64,000 nt of DNA, taken from positions 48,375 to 112,374 of the IMG/VR virus record IMGVR_UViG_3300037140_000076, one strand, 5' to 3'. A program made the position numbers and the translations under genes. Shown one piece after another: positions 1 through 11,366 of this stretch (position 1 is its first letter; each line of letters opens with the position of its first letter). The notes under the pieces are model-generated. The model was given only the letters and a program-made list of their open reading frames with translations. It ran no database searches and had not been told where the DNA came from. The stretch comes from a virus.

Positions 1-377
1 AATGATTTACATAGCTCAACCAGGTCAATCATATTGATTGCAATAGTATTAAACTTAGCCCAATCTTTTTCATCAATGCGAGAGGTGTAAGTGAATAGAG
101 AGAGATATTGATTATCGTCAATCACAATTGCCTTGATTTCTGAACGATTATCACTTACATATTTTAGAACTTTGGCAATAGTCTTTGTGCTCTTAGTCAC
201 AAGTAAATTACCCTGGCCGGTCTCCATATTAAATTCTGGATACTTTGTTTCGGAACCTGGGAATGGCAGTTCTTTTCCTACTACATTCACAATGAATGTA
301 TTTTTGGAGGGGAGATTCTTAACCGACCTGGATTTACCAGACGCGCTCTCACCAAGTATTAAACTTACTCTTGCCAT
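1..377 (-). CDS. AAA-family (Sak4/AAA_24-like) ATPase, 3' end runs off the window
   Basis: Manual translation from ATG 377: MARVSLILGESASGKSRS (Walker A) ... AIVIDD (Walker B). Not in the ORF track because it has no stop in the window. Confidence 0.8.
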   Translation of the reverse strand, partial: MARVSLILGESASGKSRSVKNLPSKNTFIVNVVGKELPFPGSETKYPEFNMETGQGNLLVTKSTKTIAKVLKYVSDNRSEIKAIVIDDNQYLSLFTYTSRIDEKDWAKFNTIAINMIDLVELCKS

Positions 378-446
378 TTGTTGATTTATTTAAAGCAAAT
401 ATAATAATAATATTTCGAATTCTAAAATGTCTTTGTTAAAGAAATG

Positions 447-677
447 TTAATGTCTATGTCCTCCTCTACCCCCGCCTGAATGTATTCTCCTAACCTGAGA
501 ACGGTATGAATGACGGTAATAACTATCCCCATCATAATAGTGATATGCTTCACGATGACCTCTGTAATAATAGTACCATACCCCCCTTTCATAATAATAC
601 CCATCAGGAGGAGGTGTAGTTCTACAGCTACTTGCTATAGATAGTAAAAAAATAATACTTAATAAAATGTATTTCAT
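447..677 (-). CDS. small putative lipoprotein
   Basis: Signal peptide with lipobox-like IASSC; Tyr-rich mature part. Confidence 0.55.
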   Translation of the reverse strand: MKYILLSIIFLLSIASSCRTTPPPDGYYYERGVWYYYYRGHREAYHYYDGDSYYRHSYRSQVRRIHSGGGRGGHRH

Positions 678-693
678 ATGTGTGTTTTTAGTT

Positions 694-1225
694 TTATAAA
701 TTATTTGCTATTTTAAATGTATCGTTTAATATTGCATCTCCATCCATCTCGGTCTGGACCAAATCAAAACGGGCCACAGACAGGGGAATTGATAATATCA
801 GTTCTTCAAAGAACAGGACCCATTCCCCCGTTTCGACAACTCTTAAAGCTTCTCTTACGGTAAGATAGTCTCCCTTCTTAGGATATTTCAAACCATACCT
901 TTGACGTTCTTCATCAAAGTTATAGTTACATTTAACCATATCTCCTTTCTCAGGTACTCTGTTTTGCATCGTTTTTGTTTTGTGGATACAATATAAGCTC
1001 ATCTTCATAACAGGCAATGATTATGCTTTTTTCAGTTATTACATAGCATCCTCCTATTTCAAAAATTTCAATATCTTCTTCACCCTCTTTTATTTCTTTT
1101 ACAACAAGAGCAATAGCTGCCTTTATTTCAGGATCAACCCTTCCTATTGTTTTGAGTTCTGCCACAACATTGTCCTCAATCCTGCAAGAAATAATTATAA
1201 TATCTTTATCTGATTTCATTATCAC
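694..1225 (-). CDS. two small hypothetical proteins (694-~969 and 950-1225)
   Basis: ORF track; tightly packed in the replication operon. Confidence 0.5.
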
Positions 1226-2376
1226 ATTTTTATTCCTTTCAAAGCTAATTCGAGTTGGGGATTTGAAAAATACTCTGAAAACTCAAAAAGATCTCTTCTA
1301 GTTTCAAAGTTTGTATATCTGTTTTTCTTTCTATCAAAACGAAACCTAAGTTCCATTGGAACTCCAACTAATTTTTGTTTTTTAATCTTCTGAGAAGTAA
1401 ATATTACTTGATCATCAATTTTATCTTTTGCGTATACTGGTCTCTGAATTGATAATATATTATCCGTTCCATCTCCCCAGGTTCCCCCTCCCTTGATAGT
1501 ATAATAACTTGGTTTAGGAAAGTAACCGTTATCCTGCATCCTTGGTGTCAATTGGTGCATTACAAGATGTAAGGAGATATTAGTTTGTCGAGCAAAGTCA
1601 GTACACAACGTTGTAACATATCCTGCATATTTATCATCGGCATTCATGAATTCCTTGGGCCTGTTAATCTTTATTATTGGATCTATAACACAAACCGTTA
1701 CTTCTTCCGTCTCAATTAACTTTTCAAATTCCTTTAATACATTTATTAAAGTGTTTTCTGGAGGACGAATATAAACAAAATAAAAATAGTCCTTAATTGA
1801 ATTATATATTCGTCTGTATGTTGATTCCTTAATACATCCCAGGGGGTTATATTTATCCGTTGATCTCCCGGAAGCTGTATGAATTAAATCATCAAAGAAT
1901 TCTTTAGCCGGAAAATCCTCCGGAGCATAAAACGCAACTCTTGTCTTCTCCACAATACACTTTACAAGGCAAAGAAACCGCAAGAATTGAGATTTACCTT
2001 CATTAGTATAACCGGTCCATATATTAAATTCTCCGCGTCTCCAGGTCCAGGCTTCATCCAAACCTTTAATATATGTTGGGGTTCCTTTCTCTTTACCTTT
2101 TTTAAGATCAGAGATCATATCCTCAATACAATCTTCCATCTTAAGAACACTAAAAAGCTCTCTCTTAGCAATATCCATACCAAGCTTGACCTGTTCTCTT
2201 TGGTATTTATCTACAATTGTCTCGTAAGAAAAGCCTTTTACAAGAGCTTTAAATACTCTTTTGTAATCAATAAATTCAGCATTAGGGAACTCATCAGAAA
2301 ATTGTCTGCACTGTGCTATAATATAAGGAGATGAGTTTTCTGCTAATTCAATAAATTCTATGAATTCTTTGATCAT
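1222..2376 (-). CDS. dnaB: DnaB-like replicative helicase
   Basis: Walker A TGYTNEGKS, Walker B CVIDP, SF4 motifs LVMHQ and IKGGG..D; likely start MIKEF at 2376. Confidence 0.85.
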   Translation of the reverse strand: MIKEFIEFIELAENSSPYIIAQCRQFSDEFPNAEFIDYKRVFKALVKGFSYETIVDKYQREQVKLGMDIAKRELFSVLKMEDCIEDMISDLKKGKEKGTPTYIKGLDEAWTWRRGEFNIWTGYTNEGKSQFLRFLCLVKCIVEKTRVAFYAPEDFPAKEFFDDLIHTASGRSTDKYNPLGCIKESTYRRIYNSIKDYFYFVYIRPPENTLINVLKEFEKLIETEEVTVCVIDPIIKINRPKEFMNADDKYAGYVTTLCTDFARQTNISLHLVMHQLTPRMQDNGYFPKPSYYTIKGGGTWGDGTDNILSIQRPVYAKDKIDDQVIFTSQKIKKQKLVGVPMELRFRFDRKKNRYTNFETRRDLFEFSEYFSNPQLELALKGIKM

Positions 2377-2380
2377 TATA

Positions 2381-3001
2381 TTAAAATAAATCTTTCTTCT
2401 TAATAACCTTAGTTCCCACTTCCTCAAGTTCTTTATTTTGCTGATCTACTTTTTTATCAACAAATGTCTTTGACCACTTCTTATCATTTTCAAGCCAGGT
2501 TCTTAATCTTCTAGTTACATCAAATATTTTCTCAGTTTCAAATCTTAATTTTTTTCCTCCTGGATTCTTTTCTGTCCAATAATCATAAAATTCCGTACAC
2601 ATTTCTTTTTGATAACCTTTCTCTTTTCCAACCTGACGAATAGATTGCCAGAATTCTGATTTACGAGTTTCGATTGGTATAGGTTCGGTTTTAATTTTAA
2701 CTCCAGGATCTTCAGTTACACCGTCTCTAAGTACTGAAATATAAGTTAATAATCTTTCTTCTGTTTTTTGAAACATTTGTTCACTATCTAAACCCATCTG
2801 AAGAGATCTGATAGAAATACCCATATCAAGAGCACCTATTATATCCAGATATACAGATTCTGTTTTAAGAAACACAGACCCATGAAGATCTAACTGATCA
2901 TTAATCTTTTTTAAGAAGAATAAAATAGTTTCATTTGATCCCGAAGCTGTGTTTTTATAACCGCGAGATGACATTATTTGAATTGCTTCTTTTGATTCCA
3001 T
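2381..3001 (-). CDS. replication initiator / helicase-loader-like protein
   Basis: C-terminal FYDYWTE...KLRFETEKIFDVTRRLRTW, typical of Bacteroidota phage replisome organisers; directly upstream of dnaB. Confidence 0.55.
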   Translation of the reverse strand: MESKEAIQIMSSRGYKNTASGSNETILFFLKKINDQLDLHGSVFLKTESVYLDIIGALDMGISIRSLQMGLDSEQMFQKTEERLLTYISVLRDGVTEDPGVKIKTEPIPIETRKSEFWQSIRQVGKEKGYQKEMCTEFYDYWTEKNPGGKKLRFETEKIFDVTRRLRTWLENDKKWSKTFVDKKVDQQNKELEEVGTKVIKKKDLF

Positions 3002-3002
3002 A

Positions 3003-3287
3003 TTAATTTAATTGTGGGTCTTTAGGTAAATCAATAAATTTAACAGAACGTAATCCTCTTAATTCCCGGTCCAGCTTAGTAAACTCTTTTATTTGATCAA
3101 GACATTTAGAAGCATGAACGCCTTTAAGTTGAGGAATAAGTTCCTTCAAACGATTAAACTTTTCAAGATCTTCCTTTGTTTTAATGAAGTCAATATAGTC
3201 TTCATTATATTCTGCAATATAAAAGTCACTCATACTACGTGCGTTTTTAATTCTTTTTAAAGATACTTTTGGGGGTCGTCCTTTCAC
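3003..3287 (-). CDS. hypothetical protein
   Basis: ORF track; coupled to its neighbours. Confidence 0.55.
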   Translation of the reverse strand: MKGRPPKVSLKRIKNARSMSDFYIAEYNEDYIDFIKTKEDLEKFNRLKELIPQLKGVHASKCLDQIKEFTKLDRELRGLRSVKFIDLPKDPQLN

Positions 3288-4450
3288 AGTTTCAATATTT
3301 TTAAATCTATATTTGATATATTTCCTGTTGCTTTTTCAATCCACCCCTTTACTACCGTTGCTTTCCAAGTTGGAGGAGTAACTGTCGTATTGGGTCTTGG
3401 ATTCTTGATTGGAGACGTTTTAAGATACCAGGGAACCATAAATATTACCTGGGCCACTTCATCAATTCCCAAACGTTTCATTCTACCTGCCTTCTGTTCA
3501 AATTTTGTAGTAGATCCTGACATTGATTCGAAAATTGCTATTTCTGCCTTTTTAAGATTAATACCTCTCTGTATTTTACTTACAACGGACAGAGCATTTA
3601 TCTCACCGTTTTGAAATTTAGTAAGATTATCTTCTCCCTCATTCTTTCCGTGAAAAGAATATTTACAACACCGATTAGCCTGTTCTGTAAGTTCACAAAA
3701 TATAACAACTCGATTGTTTTTATCTCTTTGATAAATGAAATTCAGAATTTTTCTACAATTAAGATAAGAACTTTCAAGTGCATTTAAAAAATGTTTTCGT
3801 TTTCTTAACCAAAACCGCATATCAGGATCTTCAAATCCAACTTCCGCTCTCATAAGAGATGAGATCTTCTTAGTCAAACTCTCATAAACTTTGGATTCCG
3901 CTTCACTCATCTTAAAGTTATAAACATAATATTCTGTTCGGTTTACTACTCCTTTATCCTCAGCATCATCCATAGAAAGCTTAAAGACAATAGGAGCAAT
4001 GACTACCAGGATCTTTTTCTTTTCCGGAGTTAAAGTTCCTGAAGCTAAAATTATATACTTCCAACTATTATTTTGAAAGAACTTTACATAAGAGGGGGTT
4101 AGGGCATAATCAACTTCATCCCCAATAACCAAATCAAACTCTATACCGGTCCATTTGTATGTCGTCTGATAACATTGTAGACTTACTGCGTCTTTGAATT
4201 CAGGTGTACCCCACTTCTCCAATTCAGCCGGGAATCCGTCTTTTTCAGAGTCCCTGAGCCTTCTGTTATCACAAAGATATAAAACATTTTTGATTTTACC
4301 AGCATTGAAGAGTTCCAGGGCTAAGTCAATGAATATCTTGCCTTTACCCGATCCAACGGTGGAAAGGAAGGAAGCGTTATAATTTGCTTTTCTGACGGCA
4401 ATTTTACATTCTTCTTGATTCTTTATCCTAGCTTCCAGTGCTTTATCCAT
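3284..4450 (-). CDS. SF2 DExD-type helicase
   Basis: Motif I STVGSGKGK, II DEVD, III SGT, VI QKAGRMKR. Confidence 0.85.
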   Translation of the reverse strand: MDKALEARIKNQEECKIAVRKANYNASFLSTVGSGKGKIFIDLALELFNAGKIKNVLYLCDNRRLRDSEKDGFPAELEKWGTPEFKDAVSLQCYQTTYKWTGIEFDLVIGDEVDYALTPSYVKFFQNNSWKYIILASGTLTPEKKKILVVIAPIVFKLSMDDAEDKGVVNRTEYYVYNFKMSEAESKVYESLTKKISSLMRAEVGFEDPDMRFWLRKRKHFLNALESSYLNCRKILNFIYQRDKNNRVVIFCELTEQANRCCKYSFHGKNEGEDNLTKFQNGEINALSVVSKIQRGINLKKAEIAIFESMSGSTTKFEQKAGRMKRLGIDEVAQVIFMVPWYLKTSPIKNPRPNTTVTPPTWKATVVKGWIEKATGNISNIDLKILKL

Positions 4451-6414
4451 TAGAACAATTTTAAATTCTGTGAATGTGGATCAATCGCGTCTATAATTTT
4501 TCTACAAGATTGAGTATAATATTTATAATTTATGTTATATTCCTCCATTGGTTTATCCTGGAATATATTAAAGTAAGTTGTGTTCCACCCCTTCTCAATC
4601 TCTACAGTTCTTCCAGCAAGCTTGGCTTCCATCTTATACTGCTTTTTAAGAGATTTAAATTCTTTGGATACATAATACCGAACTACGGTTTCGTTTATAA
4701 TATCTTTTTCAATCGTGTTGGTTTCAAAATCTACGTAATGTTCTACAAGATTAAAATCCTTTTTAACTTTCACCCCTCCACAGAAATCATAAATGTCCTT
4801 GCAGCTTTTTATGTAATCCTGAATAGGAACGTTGTTAACATAGAATGCTTCCAGGGCTTTGGGTATAACCAGGAAGGAGGGGTTCTTATGATATTCAAGT
4901 TCCTTGTCTTCCGGCTTCATTGAATATGCAAAGAGGCCCTTTCTCTTTACTTTTCCTTTTTCATCAACAGCAAGATAGTTATTAACGTCCATAATAACAA
5001 TCTTTTTATACATCTTATCTTCCAAAGCAAGTTTTGTATACACTTCCCACTTCTTCATACAGTCCTTAACGTTCTGTTCTTGTTCAACCGGATAACCAAT
5101 CGTAACTCCATCTGTATTTATCTGGTAAAAAACAACTCCTTTTACTTTTATGCTTAATACTTCAGCAAGCATCAAAAGAAGAAGCTGACCATTAACAGTA
5201 ATTGCAAACGTGTACTTCGGGTCATGTAAGTAATTATTAGGTTCCTTACTAAGCCCATAAGTTGCGTTAAGAATAATCTTAAATACCAAATTCTCAGGGT
5301 CTTCTTTTGGAATCTCCTGGCGCATCTTAAAAAGATTTTCATAAACGTCACAAAAGACCTCTGAAAGATGTTCGGGATATAATCTGTTTTTAATACCCAA
5401 GTTGGGATAGAAGGAAGTTACATCAATATCTTTAATCTTCCAGGTCTCTGTGCTGTTGTATACCCCAGGCTTTGTACATCCATGTATACCGCCCAGGCCA
5501 GTAACTACTTCCTGGAGGTTGTGAAACTTGAATTCCTTTTTTACCTTCTTTAATTGCATATTGTTCTCTTCGAACTTGTATGGATTAAATTCCAGGTCCT
5601 CATAAAACTTTTTAACTGCGTTGAGGATGGGGTCCCTAAACTTAATATAGTCGAATAGGACATCTATTGTAGCAATCCTGCTGCGATATGTACGTTTCTC
5701 CTTCAAGTCCTTATAACGTATTCTCATTGCTTCAGAAAGGAACTTTCCAAAGATGTCACGGGCCATGCGTGGCTCTGAAGCATTCATAAGATTTAGTTCA
5801 TACTTTTCTGAGAGCTTAAATCTTAAATCAGTTTCAAATTTGTTAAGTTCAAATAATCTATGAGTTGCATGAACATCGTTTGCATCGTATATAACAATCT
5901 GAGTTACCTGTTCCTGAGAAGTTATTTCTTCAGAGTGATGGATCGGCATTGATTCAATGTTTGGAAATCTCATTGTGAATTCCAACCACTTTAATGAACA
6001 ACGTTTGCCCATTCCATCATAATGCTTCTGCTTATATATGTCAATGTGAGGGATGGTAAATTTCCATTCCGGGATAAGGTTCATCCATTTCTCTTCTCCT
6101 TCTTCAAGACCTATTATCCATTGAGCTTTTTCATGAAGTCTCCGGGCAATATCTTCTCCAGACCAGGATCTCAATTTTTTAAAATTGAACATCATGTATT
6201 CAAGTATCTGGCAGTCAAATCCGTTACAATTGAATCCAACCAGGATATAATAATGGTCCTTTAGCTTCCTTAAGAACTTCATCATCTCAAAGAAGTCATT
6301 CTGGAAGGGACTTATTACAAAATACTTTTCCTTCTTCGTGGTCCAATCCATGAAGTACGCTGTGAAACAGTTTGCAAGAGTTTCTAAATCATATATGGTA
6401 TAGCGTTCTTCCAT
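4450..6414 (-). CDS. polB: family B DNA polymerase with 3'-5' exonuclease
   Basis: Exo motifs YDLET and GFN..FD; polymerase motifs DIDVTSFYP, KIILNATYG, INTDG. Confidence 0.92.
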   Translation of the reverse strand: MEERYTIYDLETLANCFTAYFMDWTTKKEKYFVISPFQNDFFEMMKFLRKLKDHYYILVGFNCNGFDCQILEYMMFNFKKLRSWSGEDIARRLHEKAQWIIGLEEGEEKWMNLIPEWKFTIPHIDIYKQKHYDGMGKRCSLKWLEFTMRFPNIESMPIHHSEEITSQEQVTQIVIYDANDVHATHRLFELNKFETDLRFKLSEKYELNLMNASEPRMARDIFGKFLSEAMRIRYKDLKEKRTYRSRIATIDVLFDYIKFRDPILNAVKKFYEDLEFNPYKFEENNMQLKKVKKEFKFHNLQEVVTGLGGIHGCTKPGVYNSTETWKIKDIDVTSFYPNLGIKNRLYPEHLSEVFCDVYENLFKMRQEIPKEDPENLVFKIILNATYGLSKEPNNYLHDPKYTFAITVNGQLLLLMLAEVLSIKVKGVVFYQINTDGVTIGYPVEQEQNVKDCMKKWEVYTKLALEDKMYKKIVIMDVNNYLAVDEKGKVKRKGLFAYSMKPEDKELEYHKNPSFLVIPKALEAFYVNNVPIQDYIKSCKDIYDFCGGVKVKKDFNLVEHYVDFETNTIEKDIINETVVRYYVSKEFKSLKKQYKMEAKLAGRTVEIEKGWNTTYFNIFQDKPMEEYNINYKYYTQSCRKIIDAIDPHSQNLKLF

Positions 6415-6787
6415 TAAATTTCACTTATTTTTACTTTTATAGATATAGAAAAGTTAAAAAGAATTAAAAGACCATTAGTGAATCTTCCCGTTCCTGGGCC
6501 AATCCCCATCCATTTATATTCGTGGTTTTCTCTTGCATATAATAAAATCAATTGTCCATCCGTAGATGAAGGAGAAATTTCTGCACCCGAATTAAATTCA
6601 TAAACTTCTTTAATTTTCATATTATTTATTTTTACGATTAAAATAAAAAGCCAATACCGAGACCCAGGAAAAGAATACAAAAAAGAAATTGAAAAGCAGT
6701 CCATCCTCTTCCGTTTCTTCATTAAGATATAATGTTCCAGCATATAAACCTCCTAAGATATATAAAAAAAATAATACTTGTTCCATA

Positions 6788-7804
6788 TTATCTATTTAAA
6801 AAGTCTTGTATTGGTGCGCTTAATTCACTATCTTCTAAAAGATCGGCATATTTCATTTTAGCATCTGCTCTTTTTTCTGCAAATCTATTCCTTGCTCCTT
6901 TCCCTAACCAGCTTTCAATTTCTCCTCTAATTAATTCTTCAGCTTTTTTAGGAGTAGTAACAATTGCATTGGCTTCGCATTTTTTTTCTCCTATAGTCCT
7001 TAAATAAGTTTTAACATAAGGAAGTCTATTATTTCTATGGAGAGGGGATGCTAAATTCTTACCTGATCCGGTAATTAGGTTGTCTATCCAAGTATATTTA
7101 TTTTTTATGATAAAATCATAATTTAATCCAAATCTTTTAATTTCCAAATTAGCCGGATCATATCCTGTTTCTCCATCTCCCCAATTAACTTCACTAACTT
7201 GTTCAAGGTTATTACGAAGCGTATCACTTATACGCAATCCGTCCGGATCATGATCACCACAATATAAAAGTACACAAGTTAATCCTTTATATTCGGCTTC
7301 TTTAAATCTCCTGGCATATTCTGCACGTTGCAGGATAGAACTCCATCCCTTTGCATTCGCTACAGGAATATGATACTGAGCACAAATAGGTTCAAATAGA
7401 GTTTTTAAATCTATTTTTTCAACAAGCATTTGTATATAATATTCTTCTCCCTCCCACCAATCAGGAGTATAATATCTATCACCTGTTAAGACATCGTTTA
7501 ACATCCATGCAAGGATGTCTTCCATACTTTTTCCGTCTTCAGAAGACGGTATCTCAACACCTGTAAACGCTCTGGCATCTTCTTCAGCTACAAAGTCAAC
7601 AGGAAGTAATCCTTCCTTTCTACAGCGATTAACTGCTGAATCTACTTTGTCAAACTGGTCCTTATTTATATGACCCGCTTGTTCCATAAGATAACACCAT
7701 CCCCTGGATGATACTTTAAACCCGATTTTATAGCTCATCTCCTGAAGTAGATCCGCAAATTCTTGTAGAGTTTTTTTGGTAAACTTTTTATTAAAGTCAA
7801 ACAT
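6788..7804 (-). CDS. Topo VI-A/DUF2220-like TOPRIM-domain protein
   Basis: SSRGWCY helix, MLVEK, YCGDHDPDGLRI. Confidence 0.65.
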   Translation of the reverse strand: MFDFNKKFTKKTLQEFADLLQEMSYKIGFKVSSRGWCYLMEQAGHINKDQFDKVDSAVNRCRKEGLLPVDFVAEEDARAFTGVEIPSSEDGKSMEDILAWMLNDVLTGDRYYTPDWWEGEEYYIQMLVEKIDLKTLFEPICAQYHIPVANAKGWSSILQRAEYARRFKEAEYKGLTCVLLYCGDHDPDGLRISDTLRNNLEQVSEVNWGDGETGYDPANLEIKRFGLNYDFIIKNKYTWIDNLITGSGKNLASPLHRNNRLPYVKTYLRTIGEKKCEANAIVTTPKKAEELIRGEIESWLGKGARNRFAEKRADAKMKYADLLEDSELSAPIQDFLNR

Positions 7805-8270
7805 GATTTATTTTTTATTTAATAATAAACTAATTCCTGCAAGACAGAAAATCATTCCTGTAATAATTTTTAAGTTAAACCAGTAATGAATTATTGGTAC
7901 ATAATAAGGCTCGGTTGTGAACTCAAGTATAATAAGTATAGGACCTAAAAAGAACAGAACAATAAGAAATATAAGTGCTGCTTTAGTTTTGATTTGTTTC
8001 ATTCTGTTGGCTTTTTAGATATGTAAATTCCAACAAACAACCATTCAATCTCCAAAGACTTGCTGTGGAAGTTTGCGTTTATAGCGGGGATGAATGCCCA
8101 GAAGTATGGATTAAAATCTACATCTATAATAAATGATATTCTTTTCATACTAATAATTTAATGAGGGTCTGGGTCCAATCGCATCATGATTTATATATGC
8201 ATTCACTATCAAGCAAATAACAAGACTTGCAACTATCCCAAAAAAGATCCATCCCCAAAGCTTTTGTTCT

Positions 8271-9080
8271 TTATTTAGGTTTGCCATCTTTTTCCATTTT
8301 AGCTTTGAAGGATTCTAATTTATCTAAGGAGTCTTTACTGATAAAGGAATAATTTAGTCCAACAATTAAAGGTTCCACCAATCCCCTGGGGTAGAAGGGT
8401 TTGTTATCATATACATATTTCTCTGCTGCTGCTTTGGTAGGGAAGAAAGTATCATATGTAACAACGCTACTCTTCTGAATTTCAAAGGCCATTATCTCAA
8501 AATCTTCAGTAAACACAAACCAATATTTATCTCCCTCAAACAGGTCCACATTCTTTCCATTCTCATCTTTTAAAGTGATTATGGGTTTGCGGAGGGGGAT
8601 TTTTCTTAAATCAGAAATATCATCCCACCCAATAACATCAGAATAATAAACTAGCCATGTTTTATTTTCACCTTTTATCTTATCTGGGCGTACTTTATAT
8701 TCAAATGATTTTATAACATGTTTATAGACTTCGGTTTTGTTAGTAACTTTTTCCCCCACACTCCATTCCACTCCATTTACTGAAATGGTGTGGATTGTTA
8801 TATCGCGTAAATTCATATAAGCTTCAACATATTCCTCATAGGAAATATTTTCCTCATTAAAAGGAAAAATTCTTCCACCGCTGGCTTTAAACGAAACTAT
8901 TCCCGGAAGAACTTCTTCTTCATATACTGGTTCATAAGTTTCTGGATATTGTTCTAACTTTAGAGTTCCCATAATAGTAGAATCAATAGCTATATTCATA
9001 GGATTCTTTTTATATATTTCTCCCTTCTTTACAAAAGGACCATTTACTTTTCCTACGTAATGTTTGATTTTCTTGCTCAT
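8271..9080 (-). CDS. hypothetical protein
   Basis: 269-aa ORF. Confidence 0.6.
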   Translation of the reverse strand: MSKKIKHYVGKVNGPFVKKGEIYKKNPMNIAIDSTIMGTLKLEQYPETYEPVYEEEVLPGIVSFKASGGRIFPFNEENISYEEYVEAYMNLRDITIHTISVNGVEWSVGEKVTNKTEVYKHVIKSFEYKVRPDKIKGENKTWLVYYSDVIGWDDISDLRKIPLRKPIITLKDENGKNVDLFEGDKYWFVFTEDFEIMAFEIQKSSVVTYDTFFPTKAAAEKYVYDNKPFYPRGLVEPLIVGLNYSFISKDSLDKLESFKAKMEKDGKPK

Positions 9081-9406
9081 AAATTCTCAAATTTTAATAT
9101 TAAAAATGATTGTAATTCGGAAATTAAAATATTCCACTGGGCCTGGGTAAGGTCGGTAGTGGAAATCTCTTCTTTAAATAACTCTACGAACAGTTCGCTT
9201 TTCACAAGATCATGCAGCATGTCCTTGGTCCACCCGGTATCATAACTCCATTCCCCCAACTGGGCAAAATAGAGTTTCTGGAAATCCCTTGTAGTTCCAT
9301 TATGCTGCTTAATAAGGCACAAAATATAATCTCCATCAGTCATATGACTAACGGAGCGGTTAAATAGCTTACCATCCTTTATTTTTGCGTTACAATAGTA
9401 TGGCAT
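9077..9406 (-). CDS. NinB/YbcN-like recombination protein
   Basis: QKLYFAQL...DTGWTKDMLHDLVK...STTDLT pattern. Confidence 0.55.
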   Translation of the reverse strand: MPYYCNAKIKDGKLFNRSVSHMTDGDYILCLIKQHNGTTRDFQKLYFAQLGEWSYDTGWTKDMLHDLVKSELFVELFKEEISTTDLTQAQWNILISELQSFLILKFENL

Positions 9407-9889
9407 TATTTTTTAGGGCGATTTATAACTCTTAAAAGTAATCCTTTTGTCTTTAACAGTCTCCTCAAAAGAGTGATCTTTTGGGAGGGGGTGGTTGTGA
9501 CATCATCATTTATCTTCACTGCTTTACGTGAAAAGATTGTATTAAAATAAATACCGTCTTTTGAATTTAAAAACTGTATTTTTTTCTTTACTTCGCAGGG
9601 AGTAGATGCATTTAATATATCTTTTATAGAACATCCTAATTGTAAAGAAAATTGTCCTAAACAACATTCATATCCTTCTTTATTAAGTAATCTAGTAAAT
9701 CCTATTCCTAGTTGGTTCCTTGAACCAACCTATCCCCCACTCCTCCATTTTGAATAATCCAGTGTTAATGTTTTCATTGTTTTTATTTTAGTTAAAAGAA
9801 AAGAAAGCTCGAAGATTTTAGCATCTAAATCCCGACAGTTTTCGATGACACTTTCTTACTGTCCTTTTATAGTAGGACAAACACATAGT

Positions 9890-10618
9890 TTATACTAAAT
9901 CAAATTCCTTTACCAGGAAATCGTTTAGTTGAATATGTTGTTTCAGATAAAGAGAAGGATGTGCATCTTTCAGAGCAACCGTAACGTTGTTGAAACTATT
10001 CCACAGCGTTCCTTCAATCCCGTAATTGAAAGAGGGATTCTCAATCTCTCTTTTTATAATTCCAAGCTGAGTATCTGTGATTAGGGCTTCTTCGATAAAG
10101 AGCCTTCCCATAAGTTCGGAAGTAGTTCTCTTTGTCATTTCGATCTCCTTCATTCTTTCACGTTGATACTGGAGCCTTTTAAAGGTATCACCAGCTTTAG
10201 CGATATGACCCTGCATTTGATCAATGAATTCCTGGAGGACCGTTCCGGTATGTCTTCGTTTGAAGGCACCCATATCTCCGATTACCATACCATTTTCACA
10301 CACAATAACGTGGCCTCCCATAGCTATACGCAAAGGCATTGTTTTGTTGTAAGAGTTATGGAACATTAGACTGATGTTCATTTGTGAATCACCATGTTGA
10401 AGTTGGTAACGGCCTATCACCTGTTTACAATCCATTGCGGTATTGTACTGTTCGCTTAAAACTACGATACCAGCCTTATCCAGCCCTTCCAGGACTGTAT
10501 TAATGACTATACCATGTGGAACCGGTGCATAAGACTCGGTTGCCAGGGGAAGAGGTGTGGCAATGATTTCAGCCCGGAGTACCCCTGCTGGCAATTGGGA
10601 AGAAAGAAATTTTGACAT
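9890..10618 (-). CDS. DUF932/DUF945-family protein
   Basis: YAPVPH, NSYNK, VCENG, RRHT, TLWNSFNNVT. Confidence 0.75.
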   Translation of the reverse strand: MSKFLSSQLPAGVLRAEIIATPLPLATESYAPVPHGIVINTVLEGLDKAGIVVLSEQYNTAMDCKQVIGRYQLQHGDSQMNISLMFHNSYNKTMPLRIAMGGHVIVCENGMVIGDMGAFKRRHTGTVLQEFIDQMQGHIAKAGDTFKRLQYQRERMKEIEMTKRTTSELMGRLFIEEALITDTQLGIIKREIENPSFNYGIEGTLWNSFNNVTVALKDAHPSLYLKQHIQLNDFLVKEFDLV

Positions 10619-10928
10619 AATTGTTGATTTTGGGTGATGAATTAGAGCAAAGATAACATAGTTTTCCTATATAACAAGAAATGTTAAAGAAATTAACAAT
10701 ATAATAGGTTAAAAAGATAGGACCTCAGACTCAATACGAGCCTCATGACGGACCTTTGGAGGGCGGGAAGGGATTATATCCACTTTGGAGTAGATAGGCT
10801 CGTCCTTGGCAGATTTATAGCCAAAGAAGAACACCATACAGGTAAAGATACCCAGGCCAAGGAGGATGAAGGGGACAAGGGGGAAGGATAGAACTATCCA
10901 AACCCCGGTAATTGCGTTGTTGAGTTTT

Positions 10929-11363
10929 TTATTTCTCATATTGTTTTTTTAGTTTTAAAGTATATTCTTTGATTTTTGGAACCAGGTCCAAATTGTTCTC
11001 GGCCTTTGTATGCGTTTCCCAAGATACTAATATGATGTTCCACTTCTCATATCTAAATTGTGGGTATGCTGATTTTCGTTTGCCCAGGACATGATGGAAG
11101 TATAACGTTAACGGCTCCCCGTATATCGGTTCTCCTGTCTCAAAGTCTATGTGTGGTCGTTCATTCCAAATCTCAGCAAATAAAAGTCTATCCTTCTGAG
11201 TTAGCTTCGCTCTCTCTCCCAAGATTACGCTTTGGTTTTTGCTTACTTTCCGGATAGATTTAGTTCTGTTTAGAGAATACCCTGTTTTACGTTGATGATA
11301 AATACAATATCCTTTTGAAAATACAGGATTATTACATTCTTTATATTGACAGGTCTTAGGCAT
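10929..11363 (-). CDS. HNH-like nuclease with N-terminal Zn-finger
   Basis: CxxxxC...CxxH; FHH...YPQFRY..WNIILV..ETH. Confidence 0.6.
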   Translation of the reverse strand: MPKTCQYKECNNPVFSKGYCIYHQRKTGYSLNRTKSIRKVSKNQSVILGERAKLTQKDRLLFAEIWNERPHIDFETGEPIYGEPLTLYFHHVLGKRKSAYPQFRYEKWNIILVSWETHTKAENNLDLVPKIKEYTLKLKKQYEK

Positions 11364-11366
11364 TCG

